DNA from: Paraspadella gotoi | Taxonomy: Eukaryota > Animalia > Chaetognatha | DNA: 64,000 bases | NCBI GenBank assembly: GCA_051294375.1 | Contig: JBJCIZ010000239.1 | Coordinates: 925,721 to 989,720, forward strand | Reading direction: 5' to 3' | Shown: positions 10,843-34,295 of the stretch, one piece after another | Position numbering within the stretch: the stretch's first letter is position 1 | How the letters are laid out: each line of letters opens with the position of its first letter | Position numbers and translations under genes: made by a program | The notes under the pieces: generated by a model | What the model was told of the DNA's origin: nothing | The model's database searches: none | What the model saw: the letters and a program-made list of their open reading frames with translations, nothing else

Positions 10843-13800
10843 TGGACGCGAGACGAAGTTTCACTTTCGATCAGAGTTTTTGGTCTCACGATGGATTTCG
10901 GGTTGACGAGAGGGGAACGCTGGGTAAGTGATGGGTAAGGGATGGGATAAGGATAGGTAAGTGATGAGTAAGGGATGGGGAGAGCACGAGAGAGCACGAG
11001 AGAGCACGAGAGAGAGCGAGAGAGAGCGAGAGAGAGCGAGAGAGAGCGAGAGAGAGCGAGAGAGAGCGAGAGAGAGCGAGGGAGAGAGAGCGAGAGCGAG
11101 AGCGAGAGAGCGAGCTGTGGACGACTATTAGTTCTCTTACAAAAAAACCGATAACGTCTTAGAAATCGTCCAAAAGAAAATGAACTTCCCTTTTCCCCAT
11201 TCTCACATTCGTTTCCTTCTGCCCCGCTCGTCCGCTTCATCCGCAGTTCCGGACATGACCCACAAAAACGGATCCAAATACGTCGACCAGAAAAGGTTGT
11301 GCCGAGAAATCGGCGAAGCGGTTATCGGCAACGCCTGGGCCGGATATAACGCCACGCTCTTCGCCTACGGACAGACGGGTGGCGTTGATAGATCATAGGG
11401 ACTTTTTGTTTTGTTTTGATTTTGTTTTGTTTTGTTTTGTTTTGTTTTGTTTTGTTTTGATTTTTTTTTTGGGGGTTTTTTTTTTGTATTGTTTTTGTTT
11501 TTGTTTTAGTTCTTGTTTCTATTTTGTTTTTGTCTTATTCTTTAGCTATTTGTTCAGTTTGCTTCATATTGTAGTCAGGCATTGAAATAGGTTCACCCCG
11601 CCTGTAAGCACGTGACCTTGTGGCTCATTAAGTAATTACCATCAGCTCATGACCATTAGGTACCGGGATAGATCCCCCAATGGTACCTAGCGAGCGGGAA
11701 GCGTGAGGACGGCAGTAAACCGCCTTGGGGGCCTGGAAAACCCTCGAGCTCATGACCCGTTCCATGGCTGCTAGAGGGGGTCAAAGAAGTTGCGAATAGC
11801 ACTCTTCAATCTTCATCCCACTTAACCGTTTTTTGGGTTTTTGTTTATTTTTTTAGTTTTAACTTTTCATGATTTTATGTCATCACAAGTAATGGATTAT
11901 CAAGTAGCTTGCGATGATGTTGTTATTTGTTTTTATGTTATCTTTAATTTGTTTTGACTTTGGTTTCCTTTTAAATTGTTTTGTNNNNNNNNNNTGTTTT
12001 TTTCTTCTTTCCACTTCAGGCGCCGGAAAGTCGTATTCGATCGTCGGTGACGAAAACAAAAAGAATCCGGGCGTCGCTCCCTGGATTTGCGCCAAACTCT
12101 TCAAAGGTGAAACTCGGAAGGAAATCACAAACGAATCACTAATTAATCACAAACTAATCCCAATCGTGAATTTGTCCATCGAAAGAATTCACCGGAAGAG
12201 ATAGTGACTAACCAACTAACTCTGCTCTCGAAATGTGCCGTTGGTCTCTTTGTGAGAACCAGATACGATTTCGCACCGGAGTGATCCCGAGTCTAACTGT
12301 CGCACGGGAGTGACGATTGCCAAAAAGCTCGGCAAGTGAAGAGGTAAATCGAAAAGATTTGATTTTGCATATTGTCGTGTTTTTGGGTGTATCGATTTAA
12401 TTTGGGTAATGTGTGAAATGTTGTATCCGAATGTAGGACTTAAAGAAGAGATATAGAAAAATTTGTAAATATATTTATTTAAGTTTGTCTCATTTAGAAT
12501 ATTTAATTTAAAGAAGCGAGGGGGTAGAGTTAATGTTGTCTTAAAAGATATAAAAATCTAAAAATTTTAAGTACTTTGGGTTGTAAAGCGGGCCAAAATT
12601 GAATATTTTTTACAATATGAAACAGTCTGCAATAAAAGTCTTTTGTCCTTTTACAACCAAGTTGACTTATGATGTTAGATTTTGATTAAATTAATTTTCC
12701 TCGTGCATGGAAGCATTTTAATATTTAACAATATATAAGAAATGCTTAAAAAAATTTTTAATAAATTTAAATTTTTAAATATGGATTCTGATAAAGATTA
12801 AAAAGTTAGATAATGGTTAGTACTTACAATTTCAAAATTTTTAATGATAAATGGGCTAAAATTTTAAAAAGCCTTAAAAAGTCATCAATCATCATCATCA
12901 TCATTCGTTAAATTTTATAATTTTAATTAATTTTCATAGATAAATCATTAAATTTCAAAAAAGTTGTATTAATAACTTTCATCTAATTCTTCAAGCTCTA
13001 TCAGATTATATTAAAAAAATTTGAATTTATATTTTTTTAATATTATTTGTATTCAGATTTGTGTATATGACTTTCGTTTCGTTGTTTATGGCATTAGGGA
13101 AAAAAATTTTTATTTGTCTTGACAACGAATTTAGTGACATTGACAGACATGTTTCGACTCTGTATTTTAAGAGTGAAGACTCTAAATACAGGTCGAAACA
13201 TGTCTGTCAAATTGTCACTAAAATTCGTTGTCAACAAATAAATTGTTTTTCCCTAATGGTATTCAGGTAATATAAATAGCTTCCATGTTAAATCTTAAAT
13301 TATTTTTTTTATTTAAACGATCTTTAATAACACATTAACAATATTTATACCGAACTTCTGTTAGTTTATAACCTGTTCCGCCTTATTGGGTAGTCTACGT
13401 CTTTTACAGTAGCGTCAAACTAAACCGAAAATAAACCGAACTAACACTAGAAAACCCCCCCCTCCAAAAAAAAAACCGAAACATTATCTTTTTGGTATTA
13501 ATAATATAAAATAATATTAAAAAAAAAAACCAAAAAAAGAACCGGCCCCATCTCATGAGCTCCCAAACCGTACTCTCGTAATCCCCCCCCACCCTTCCCC
13601 CCTCAAAGGAATGACGCGATGACGGACGGTCTCGACGTCCGGGGAATTCAGCGTCACCTTCAACATGTTGGAGATCTACTCGGAGCGAGTTCGGGACCTC
13701 GTCAACGGGGCCGTCGAACTCGTCGTCCGCGAGGATCCCGTCAAGGGATTCTACGCCGTCAATCAGAGCAACGTCGGAGTCGACGTGAGTGCTGCTGCTG

Positions 13801-14535
13801 CTGCCGCTGCTGCGGTTTTTTTTAATGCTGTTGTAGTGTCTGACGGAAATGTTGGCTTCGAGATGAATGAAATTGGTACAACCAATATAAAAATTCATTC
13901 ATTCATTTAATAAATAAGCTATCTTGCCCCTGACTTTGGACAGGCTTTGGTGGTTTAAGGCCTCCATCACTCTTACAAGATAATGACATAGCAGGTCCCT
14001 GCAAGCTTTCAATCAAGACTCTCTCACAGTCCCGTTTATTCACTCCCAGAGTACCTGGCTTCCCTATCAATGAAGTGGAAAATATTTCAAAGAATGTTTC
14101 AATTGTATGAAAAGACCTCTCCCTTAAGTTAGATTTTGGTTTTTAAAAAAAAAATAACTAATTTGAACATGCTTTCGTTTAAACGCTGCCATTGAAATTC
14201 GGCCAGAAGTTTGCGGGTCCCTTTTGCTTTCCCCAATTTTGTAAAATCAATTCCGAAAACAAATGCTCCACGTAATTTAAAAAAATCGATGATAGAGGGC
14301 GGGATCAATTCATTTTCTTCAGTCCTACGAAGACATCGAGGAACAAATGAACAGCGGTTTTCGCCAGCGAACAATAGCGTGCACGAATATGAACGCCGCC
14401 AGCAGCCGGGGTCACACGATAATCGGAATAAAGGTTGGACGATTAATGATGGATGTTAAAAATAAAAAAAAAATAGGAAAAGATAATTTAAAATTTATTG
14501 TTTTAAATTGTAAAATCGAAGTATGATGGAGTTTT

Positions 14536-14576
<41 letters not shown>

Positions 14577-15530
14577 ATGGATTTTCTTTTCAAATATACT
14601 TTTTAGGTCCTTTTTTTTAGCAAATATATAAATTAAAACTTCCGCGACAATGATGTATATCGGCCTCTTTCTCCATCAAGTTCCACCAGCGCTACGTCAA
14701 CGCCCACGGCGACCCCATCACGCGCTCTTCAATCATCAACCTCGTCGACCTAGCGGGCAGCGAGCGTCAATCTCTCACGGGCGCCGAGGCGGAGCGACTC
14801 AGAGAGGGCGCGGCGATCAATCTTAGTCTCTCGACGCTGGGAAACGTTATATCCGCGCTGGTGCAAAAGTAACGGCCAAAAATAAATTTGGGACTCTCGC
14901 AATTTTTTGTTAAAGTATTTTTTTTTTAAGGAAAATTTCTTCTTTCTTTTACAAAAGTATTTGTTTAAGAAATAAAAATTATTTCGGTTTTTTGTCTATA
15001 TAAAACTAAGAGAACAAAATTTAAAAGGATAAGGATTATAAGTGAATTCTAACCCCCAACCAAAAGTTCAACCGACCAGGGGTTCCATGGTCAGCTATTT
15101 TTAAAATATAATGTTTAGTTAAGAAAATTAGTAACTTCTAGGACCCTTTAATACCCATGTGTCCCTCTGCTATTAGCCCCCTTCCCTTTTCAAAAGTGCG
15201 AGACATAAAAAATGTAGTCAAGTGTAGAGGCAAAGGTAAATATGTGTCTCAATCAATCAATCAATCAAATCAATCAATCCCCCCTTCTTAGTCGGAGCCA
15301 CGTTCCCTACCGCGATTCTGCGCTGACCAAGCTGTTGAGGAACGCGTTGGGCGGCAATAGCAAGACCTTCATGATTGCGGCCATCAGCCCGGCGGATGTT
15401 AACTATGAAGAGACGCTGTCCACGTTGAGGTAGTTTTTGTGTGTGTGTGAGATTGTTTATTTGTCTTCTCTCTCTCACTGTCTCCGTATCTTCACCCCTC
15501 TGTGTGTGAGTCTAATTTACCCTGTTTTCT

Positions 15531-15587
<57 letters not shown>

Positions 15588-15945
15588 CTCTCTGTCTCTG
15601 TCTCCGTCTCTTGATCCCAGATACGCCGACCGCGCCAAACAGATCAAAAACGTCGCCAAAGTGAACGAGTCCCCCACGGAGAGGCTCGTCCGGGATCTCC
15701 GCGAAGAAGTCGGGTCGACTCGTGGAGCTGCTGAAGGAGAGAGAGACGGAGATAGAAACACTGAGGGGAGAGAAAGGTGAGACGGGCGGACAGACAGACA
15801 GACAGACTTGGACGATTCCATCGAAACTTAATTTCCAGTTCGATCACGCACTTTCCTACCCATGTACGAATTTTCAAGTCAATCGTCCAATATACACTCA
15901 TGAGTAATAGGCGTTGAAAGCTAAAGGGAGATGGATGGACGGACG

Positions 15946-16000
<55 letters not shown>

Positions 16001-17201
16001 GAAAAAAGTCTAAAAAAGGAAATATCTAGCCAAAAAAAGACACACGCGGACAATTAAAGAAGGAAAAAAAAAGGCATCAAAGAAAGAATAACAGATACGT
16101 ACGATTACGGAATAAAATTAATGAAAGACTTCTTACAATAAATCAAGAACGAAAGTAAGGAAGAAGCCAGTCATCCTTTCCCCTTTCTCCATTTCTCAGA
16201 AATGCCGCGAGAGGGAACGACGCAGTGGCGTCTCCGCGAAATGTTGAGAGAGATGGAAACCGAAGAAAAGTTTTTGGGGACGAGTTTCGGCGGAGGGAAG
16301 AGAAATAAGCCGGAGACGAGAAGTCGGAGGTGAATCTATCAATCGATCAATCAATCAATCAATCAATCAATCTATCAGTCAAAAACCGATTGATCGATCG
16401 TTTTACTGAATTATTAGTTCAACAAACCAACCAATCGGCCAAAAAAAAGCGTTCTAAATATCTAAATATCAGTTACTCAACGATTAGTCATTTAATTATC
16501 AGCTCAATCAATCTGTCAAAAAAATCAATCGATCGTTTGATAAATGAATTAGTTATTGAATATATAGTTATTAAATCATTACATCGATCAATCAATCAGT
16601 TAAAATACACAGTTATGTATTCGTTGAACAAATAGGTAAAAAAAAAAATATCGAATTATTAAATCATTTATTCATCGTGTTAATCAATCACGCTAACAAT
16701 TTATTAATCAAGTAATCAACGCAACCTTTCCAGCGTCGCCACGTCCCCGCGGCGGTTCTACGCTGAGCCGCAGCAGTATCCGCCGACGCCGCGTTCTCCC
16801 GCTGCGTCGCCGGGTTTCGACTTTCTCGACAAACCGGAGACGGCGCGGTCGTCGATAACGACGACGACGACGATGGCGACGACGACGCCTTACATTTGGA
16901 ACATGAGCGAACATCCGCAACTCAACAGGAAAATCGTGCATTATTTCGAGAAAGGTGCTTCAAAATAGTTTTTTTTTCCTATAGTATTTTTGATTGATAT
17001 AATTGATTGATTGGTTGATTGATCGATCAGGCCCTAGATTAACTGAATAATCAATAGATTGTTGGAAATTATTTGGATATTTTTTCATTGATGACTTGAT
17101 TGACTGGTTGATTGTTTACTCAATGATTTTTTGATTGGATCTTGAAAAATTTAATGAAAAAAAAAATCGACGGTTTTTCGATCGATTGCGTGATTGATTG
17201 C

Positions 17202-17247
<46 letters not shown>

Positions 17248-18549
17248 GAGACTGCTTTATTTTTATCCTACTTTATCCCTATTATTGTATTATTGATTGA
17301 TTGATTGATTAATTCAGCGACTGATTGCTTTATAATATGTTACTTTATCGATTATTCTATTCATCGTTCTATTGTATTATTGATTAATTGAATTTTCGAT
17401 TGATTGATTGATTGATTGATCTGATTCTTCAGTGACGACGACGATCGGCGGCGAATCTACTCGATCTGCGACTGCGATGGACGTCGAGATATTTGACGAG
17501 GGAATCGAGGCTCAACAACTCGTCGCAGGTGTCGAGCCGGGGGGGGCTCTCTTTATTTGCGGAGAAAGTTGCGATCGAACCTTAACGAGAGCTATTTAGG
17601 ATTTTGGTTTGAAGTTATTATTAGACAGGACTGAGCGTTTTGTGAGCGAGTTTTTTTTTTGTGATTTTGTTAGTTTTGTTACCTATAATTTTACATTTGT
17701 CCATATTTCCCACCCCCCTTTTTTTTCTTTACTTTACTTTACTCTTTCTTTACTCTTTTTTCTTTTCTTTTCTTTCTTTTCTCTTCTTTCGTTTCTATTC
17801 TATCTTTTTTCTTCGTTCTTCTCTGTTCTTTCCTTTCTTTTCCTTTCCTTTCCTTTCTTTTCCTTTCCTTTCCTTTCCTTTCCTTTCCTTTCCTTTCTTT
17901 CCTTTCCTTTCCTTTCCTTTTCTTTCCTTGCCTCTCTGTTCTTTCTTCTCTTGCCTTTGCCTTGCCTTGCCTTGCCTTTTTTTTCCTTTTTTTCTTTCCT
18001 TTCCTTTCCTTTCCTTTCCTTTCCTTTCCTTTCCTTTCCTTTCCTTTCCTTTTCCTTTCCTTTCCTTTCCTTTCCTTTGCTTTCCTTTCCTTTTAATTTA
18101 CTTTCCCCCATTTTCTTTTTTTTTACATTCTCTATACATTTCCCCTTTTCCTCAATCTCTCTCTCTTCCTTCGTTTCCCTTTCTTACTTTTTTTTATTTC
18201 CCCCCCTTTCCCCCCCTCTTTTCTCCTCCTCCTCCTCCTCCTCCCATTTCCTCCTCCAGAAATCGTGAAGACCGAGCAGGGCCTCTTCGTCCGCCCGGCC
18301 TCTTCCTCCGTCGCCGTCAACGGCGTCCGCCTCCACCGACGAGGGATCGAGCCGGACTCCTGCCTCTCCTGCGCCGCCGATCTGCTGCATCCCCTGCGGG
18401 ACAAGGACTGGATCCTCTTCGGCCGCGTCTCCGTTTGGGGCGTGGCCGATCCGCGCCGGCCCAACGGACGCCGGCCCACGCCGACTCTGTCATCGGCCAA
18501 CACGGAGATGAACCGGATCAGGAAGTCGAGTTTCTGCAGCATTTTGTAG
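10449..18549 (+). CDS. KIF28: Kinesin-3 KIF28/KLP-6-like paralogue A (motor, coil, FHA, CaaX). Exons 10449-10536, 10765-10923, 11247-11378, 12020-12106, 13609-13784, 14323-14433, 14681-14868, 15292-15429, 15621-15776, 16200-16329, 16734-16954, 17433-17528, 18260-18549
   Basis: Motifs [42 protein letters not shown] (P-loop), NAASSR (switch I), DLAGSE (switch II), [28 protein letters not shown] and FHA-type [12 protein letters not shown]...[10 protein letters not shown]. Carries an in-frame TGA (13620-13622) and a +1 G near 15712, so it is either a pseudogene or affected by consensus errors. Confidence 0.85.
11589..11826 (+). mobile_element. tRNA-derived SINE family B, copy 1
   Basis: Aligns with 23228-23464 (+) and 19551-19748 (-). 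Has an A-box-like tggctcattaagtaa. Confidence 0.75.
13092..13258. mobile_element. Fold-back palindrome with Penelope-type mini-hammerhead remnant
   Basis: About 80-bp near-perfect inverted arms. Core is TGAAGAC...GTCGAAACATGTC followed by AATAAA. Confidence 0.6.
13866..14127 (+). mobile_element. Longest copy (about 260 bp) of interspersed repeat family A, a non-autonomous element of unknown class
   Basis: Other copies at 1203-1291, 26808-27692 (several), 31795-31975 (-) and 37727-37800, plus a diverged one at about 32553-32640. Confidence 0.8.
17830..18090. repeat. (TTTCC)n pyrimidine microsatellite in a kinesin A intron
   Basis: Directly visible. Confidence 0.9.
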
Positions 18550-19396
18550 AGTTTTGGGGGAGGGGGGTCAGGGCGTCGGTGGCCGGTTTGGGGTTTTTCG
18601 GGCTTATGATTGGCCTTGGGGTTGGTCTCGTGGTTGGCGATGGCCTTTGGGATGGACTAGAACGTTGGCAGCGGTTAAAAAACTTATGTCTATTTTGTAT
18701 ATTTTCCCAAGCTACTTTAAAATTGCTATTTATAGACATCGGCATTTAATTTTTTAACAGTTGCTATGTAAAAATGAATAGTATTTTAAATGAAGCTTGA
18801 CGCTGTTCTTATCTTCTTATCTCTGTCCTCTTGCCACTTCGAAAAAGACTGATAGTCAGCCAAACTGAAAAGACAATATATTTGTTCATAGTTCCTTAGA
18901 ATGTAGCTTATTACTTCTGTGATAAAATATAAAAAAAATGTCTCACACTTTCTATTGCTCCACGAACCGACTCGGTAGTATGTAGTTTTTACGCTCCTGA
19001 TACAAGTATTTAAGGGTAGTTTTGGAATGTACAATGTTCCGGACAAAGCACTTTATTCCGTGCGACGCAATATTGATTTTTTTTTTGCAATATTTTTGGT
19101 AGTTTTTTTTTATTCATTCTCGATCTCAATTGATAAAATTCTAAGGTTCGCTTTTCGTTTTAAAACCGCAATTTTTTAAATTTACATATTTATAGTTTAT
19201 GAAAAACATTATCCTTTTGACTGTCGAAGATTCTATTTTCAGCGCGATCAAAAATTCTTGCCACATTGCTGACTTGCAAATTGCCGGATCTCTTGGCCAA
19301 CGATTCTAAAAATTTAAAAAAAAAAAACAACCCGAATTTCTATCACGAATATGAATATGAATCTGAATCGATTCTGAATCTTCGATCGACGAGACG

Positions 19397-28675
<9,279 letters not shown>

Positions 28676-29667
28676 TCTCTCTTTTTTATATATATATATA
28701 TATTCTGTTTTGTTTGTTTATTTGTATTTATTTTTATAGTCGCGTTTGTTCGTTTTTCTGAGTAGGTTGGGTCTCTATTCTTTCTCTTTGTCTTTTATTT
28801 TCTCTCCCGTTTTCTTCTTGGTGCGTGCTACCGCTGCGTAAATTAAACGCTCTGTTCTACAATTTACCAATAAAAAAAAAAAAAAAAACAAAACAAAACA
28901 AATCCATGTGATCTTGCCTTGTCTCTTGCGATATAGTTGACGCGCATATTCGATTTCTGATGGATTTAAATTTTAATCTTTCCGTCTTAACAATGAGCAT
29001 CTCTTTAATTTTTTTTTCCCGGCGCTAACGTGATGTGCACATGAAACGCTCCACGAGTTTGGTTTTTTTTTAAATTTAAATACAGAAACTAAGCCCATTT
29101 ATAAAAAACGCGTGCCACTCCATTGTCGTGCAAATATGTTGATGTGCAATTTATTTATTTTTTTAAAAACCGAAACAATTTTTTAAAAAAATTTATTCTA
29201 CGATCGTAAATCGACCTGAAAGTTCGCATAAAACTGCCTTATTTTATTTTATACATGTTTTATTTATTTTAAACTTTGCTGTGATCCATTTATTTCGATA
29301 ATACTTCTTTTTATGTTTCCTTGTTAGACGTGGGGGGTTTTTTTTCGTGATGCTGAGTTTTCTGTGATTTTGCGTTTCATTTTTTCGGTATCATTATTTC
29401 TCTCCCTTACAACTAACGGATACTCGACTTTAATAAAACTGCCAGATTAGAATTTAGGTTACTTTTGTAATATTCGATGTCTTTTATTCGAATTAATAAA
29501 GTTATAAAACAAGAATTAAAAGAGAAACATTTTTGTTTTCATTTTTTGTCAAAAGTGTAACTCACCACGTTTGCCGAGTTTTTGTCGTGTTCAACCAAGT
29601 CTTTCTGACATTCGGCAAATGTTTGCATCAGCTGGACAAAGAGAGAATGAATTGTTCAAAGAGAGCG

Positions 29668-29707
<40 letters not shown>

Positions 29708-31038
29708 NNNNNNNNNNNNNNNNNNNNNNNNNNNNNNNNNNNNNNNNNNNNNNNNNNNNNNNNNNNNNNNNNNNNNNNNNNNNNNNNNNNNNNNNNNNNN
29801 NNNNNNNNNNNNNNNNNNNNNNNNNNNNNNNNNNNNNNNNNNNNNNNNNNNNNNNNNNNNNNNNNNNNNNNNNNNNNNNNNNNNNNNNNNNNNNNNNNNN
29901 NNNNNNNNNNNNNNNNNNNNNNNNNNNNNNNNNNNNNNNNNNNNNNNNNNNNNNNNCTGCCGCTCCTTCTGTTCCGCTTTGAATCCCGGCTTCCCTTTCC
30001 TCTGTTCCTTCTTCAGTCGCTCGTGAGACTTTTTGTAATTTTCCAATTTCATTTTGTGGACAGTTTGATGTTTCTTCTGCGTTACCGAGAGAGACTTGGC
30101 GTCGGTTTCCAGACATGCCTGAGATAAAAGCAAGGCAAAGGAAGAAATTTTAGGCATGGTCGAGGCGGGATATGTGCAGTAAACAAACATGGCATGAAAT
30201 TGAAGGTGGGATTACGATATTTCTTTGGTAACTTTTCCATGCCATGAGTCATTGAACAACGTTAAAAAGAAATTTACCAAAAAAAAAGAGAATTAAGAAA
30301 AAAAACAACAAAAAAACAGGTGTCGCTGTTTCGCCGAAACATTTTTCCCCGTTGGGTGGCAAGACTTTTTAAGTGGAACCTCTGTTTGAATTTATACTTA
30401 GTTCATTGACACACGAAAACAAATGGACGCAAGGAATTTAAAAAAAAAAGAATAACACTTGGTCCTTCATTTACAAAAAGTGAAAATTTTCAATTTTAAA
30501 ATTTGAAAAAAAACTCGAGATAAAAAGTGAACGATGGAAATAATGTACGATTCATTGGATGAATGAATGTATAAACGGGCGAATAAATGAATAAACTGAA
30601 TGAATAAAAACAAATAAAAATATGAATTAAATTAACAAATTACTCCATAAATTTATGCTGAATTAATACATAAGTGAGAAACAAACGTTAACAAAAGAAT
30701 TTATGGACGTCGTTGACTTGACGCCGGCTTGACGCACGTGGCAATAGAGCAGTTGAGCAAGCTGCTTATTTTATTTATTTATTTTATTTACTTCCAATGG
30801 GGAAATGACGTCCGAGTTAAGAGATTTGATGACCTCTTCCCTGAATCTTTCGATTTCTCGGAAAATCTCCACCAATTGCATCAGAGACGCACCTGAGGAA
30901 CCAATCAAGTGTTACTTATCTATTTGTTGAATAAAGATTGAGCGAAAAAGTTTCGTTATAAGTGGAAATTATTAATAATTATTAATATCTGGTGCCGACA
31001 AAGACGTCATAGGGTTTGGCGTGGAAAGTAGGTTACTG

Positions 31039-31114
<76 letters not shown>

Positions 31115-31794
31115 CAAGTGAATATTTTAAACTCAGTGCGTTGATGTAAGTGATCTAGCCATTATATCTTTCATAATTAAAAAATAGACAAAAAATCTAT
31201 TTATGAGAATTTAAAAATTACTTGTTTCACTATTTTAAGTTTTAGATTTTAAGATAGGTATTGCAAATATTTGCTACAAATTATTTATTTTATATTTATA
31301 TATACAATATATATATATTTTTTATTTTATGTTTTTATTAACTTTGTGTTTTATAATATAAATCTAAAGATTATTAAACTGTTATCGGGAGAGGATTGTT
31401 AGTATTGTCTTCTGAAAATATAAGGAGCATCAACACAATACAAGTTTTTATTTAGAATCTATACAAAAAAAAAAAAAAGATTGTGTCAAATTGTCGCGGG
31501 CGCGAAATTTTCCTGGTCACGAAGAGCAAACAGAGTGTCCTTCGATTGCCCCGCGTCGCTGACGACGACGACAACGACGACGACAACGACGACGAACGAC
31601 GACTTACCAATGTCCTTGGTAAGGCCGGAGCTTTGAATCGCCGACGTCGCCAGTTTAGCCAGAGACTCGAAGTAAGTTTTCGCGGGTCCCGCCACACCTT
31701 ACACAAAGAGGTAAAACGAAATTGAACGAATAAAGTTAAATCTAATTTAATGTTTTTTTTCATTAATTAAAATACTTAAAACTTAATGGGGCGG

Positions 31795-31975
31795 TCCTTT
31801 TACAAAATGGAAACATTATTTTAAATATCATACCACTTCATTGATCGAGAAGCAACGTACTCTGGGAGTGAATAAACTCGACTGTGAGAGAGTCTTGATT
31901 GAAAACTTCCCCGGGTCCTGGATTGCTTGTTTATTAAAAGAATTGATAATTTCATATTGGTTGTACCAATTTCAT
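31795..31975 (-). mobile_element. Internally deleted family A copy
   Basis: ccacttcattgat...tactctgggagtgaataaac...gactgtgagagagtcttgattgaaa...atattggttgtaccaatttcat. Confidence 0.7.
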
Positions 31976-32950
31976 AAGAATTATCAATTGTCTCGTAAGA
32001 TTTAACTAATAAAGATGCCTATGAGGGGACTTCCACCGAAAAGCCTGAACTTCAGTCTTCTAAAAATAGTCAGGCTTTCTAAGGTAAGTCGTGATTCGTT
32101 CCCGCCTCTCGGTCTTGCCTTTCGGGTAAGTTTCAGGAGCGTATGAGTCATCGATTTAGAGCTCGGAAGGAAATCTCGGAATTAGGGGATTCACTCTCCT
32201 TTCACATCCGTGACTCAAGCTCGCAGTGATACCTAATCGGCTCGCGTGTATTTCTTGGGTCACGCGTGAACGATGAAAAGGTGTTTCTTGTGGATTGCGC
32301 TAAATTTTGTGACTCATGGTGACAGGGTTTTTTCCTCACAATTGTGAAAACGACGTCATATGGTTGGGCGATGAAAGTAGGTAACTGATATCTTCTCTCT
32401 TCTCTCTTCTCTCTCTCTCATCATATAATCTCTCTCATCCAATATAAATCTCTCGTCTCTCTCTCTCTCTCTCACGTTTCTCTCTCTCATCTCCCTACCT
32501 AAAATCGATAACACCCCGATATAAATTACTGCATTCATTTCGATCGGCGACGATGGTCCTCCATCCCTCTTAGAAGATAATATCAATGACATAGCGGGAC
32601 CCCGAAGGCTGTTTGATCAAAGGCTCGATCACAGTCGCCCGGATTACCGATGTGACAATATATCACAGACAATCACGGCGTGAGACTCACCGACCAACGC
32701 GCGGTGATAATTTTTTCCCGCGTTAATCACCGCGCGAACCGACGGTTGGAGGTGATCGATGAGATTCTGAAAAATGAGAAAATTATTTATCTTTTTTTTT
32801 CATTTCAAACGTAAATGAATTAAAAGAAATCTAGATTTTTACCAATGAAAAAAAAACAAAATACAAATAGCAGTTGCGTAAGTACTCTGTCCCAAATGTC
32901 TAAATAACGCCAATGGCTAATTCATAAAGCTCTAAATTTATTAATTTGAC

Positions 32951-33097
32951 TTTAAATGAAACGAAATTTTCGTGAAACAACAATTTTATTTTATTTTAGC
33001 TCAGATTGCGAGCCTTCGAAATCTGAGCCGAAACATGTCCAATTTTATCTAAAATAAAATTAAATTGTTGTTTCACGAAAATTTCGTTTCACTTAAA
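32951..33097 (+). mobile_element. Fold-back with mini-hammerhead 3' half
   Basis: About 48-bp inverted arms around gctcagatt...aatctgagc-CGAAACATGTC. Confidence 0.55.
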
Positions 33098-33411
33098 TCT
33101 AAAACAAACAACAAAAAGAAAGGCTTAACACAATTAATTTTACTACATTTTTTGGAAATTTTAATTACTTGCTATTTTGTTTTGATTCTCTACCTTAAAG
33201 ATTCTCTCCGTAATGGCGTTAGGATCGTCCACGGTCGCCATTAGTTGTTGTTTTGTTGTTTTTTTTCTTTTTTGGTGTTTTTTTTTTTTGTTTATTTGGT
33301 CTTTAAATTTTCGTTTGTGAATTTCTTTTCTCAAGTTGTACAATGTTTACAATGTTTGAGTGCCATACCAAAATCCGAAGGTTGTAAAATACCCCCAGGC
33401 TAAAAATACAC

Positions 33412-33447
<36 letters not shown>

Positions 33448-34295
33448 GAGAGAGAGGAGAAATAACAAAAAAAAATAGAGCATTCCTGATATTTAGAGAT
33501 TAAGTCCAAAAATCACAAAAGAAGAGAGTCTCCCCTTAACCCGAATTCGCCTCCTTTTTTCCCGCAGAATCTTGGCTCGAGTTTAAGGGAAAAGTTAAGT
33601 TGGGAGACAGAGGGATAGAAAGATTAAAGGAAAAGCGCGGGGAAAAAGGACAGAAACAATTGGAAGGGTGAGGAAAGTAAATGTAACAAAGAAACAGGAA
33701 AGGGACAGAAACAATAGAAGGAATACCATGATGTTTTTGCTTTTTTAAATTACGTTCAGTTCTTGAATTTTCTTCAAGAAAAAATAAATTGAAACAGAAG
33801 CAAAAAACAGGAGCAAAAACAGTTCGCTGTGATTTCGTATTCGGGGGGAAAAAAGATAAGTTATGATAAGAAAACGAGATCTTTTAATAATAAAAAAAAA
33901 ATAATTTAAAAAAATAAGAAGAGAATTTTGAAATTCCGGAACTGATGTTTTGTCGTCGTCGTCGTCGTCGTCGTTGTTGTTGTTGCTGGTGACGCCAAAG
34001 GCCAAAAAAAAATTACAGCTGTTTTGATTTCAAACCAAATTTTTGTGAATAATCAAGAAGAAGATTTTTGTGTTCACGGTCGACGGAATTTGTGAATATC
34101 CGTCGATTGCGGTTGTGAATCGAGTAACGATGGTGAAAACTGATCTTTGCTGGATTGGAAGATCACGAGAGTATCCACGATTATTGAAACAATAATTACT
34201 ACAATAATTTACAATAATGCAATAACATGTTTTTTTAATATTGATTTTTCGGTAGTTTTACCGGCAGACATTACTGAAGAAGTCTGTAATAAGAA

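Noticed and set aside
13620-13622. Selenocysteine or alternative genetic code reading of the TGA
   Set aside because: No SECIS seen, the position is a variable loop, and TGA is a normal stop in GNAT, TOGARAM1, kinesin B and PKC.
17609-18749. Phe/Leu-rich 'membrane protein' ORFs
   Set aside because: (TTTCC)n intron sequence running into an off-frame kinesin exon.
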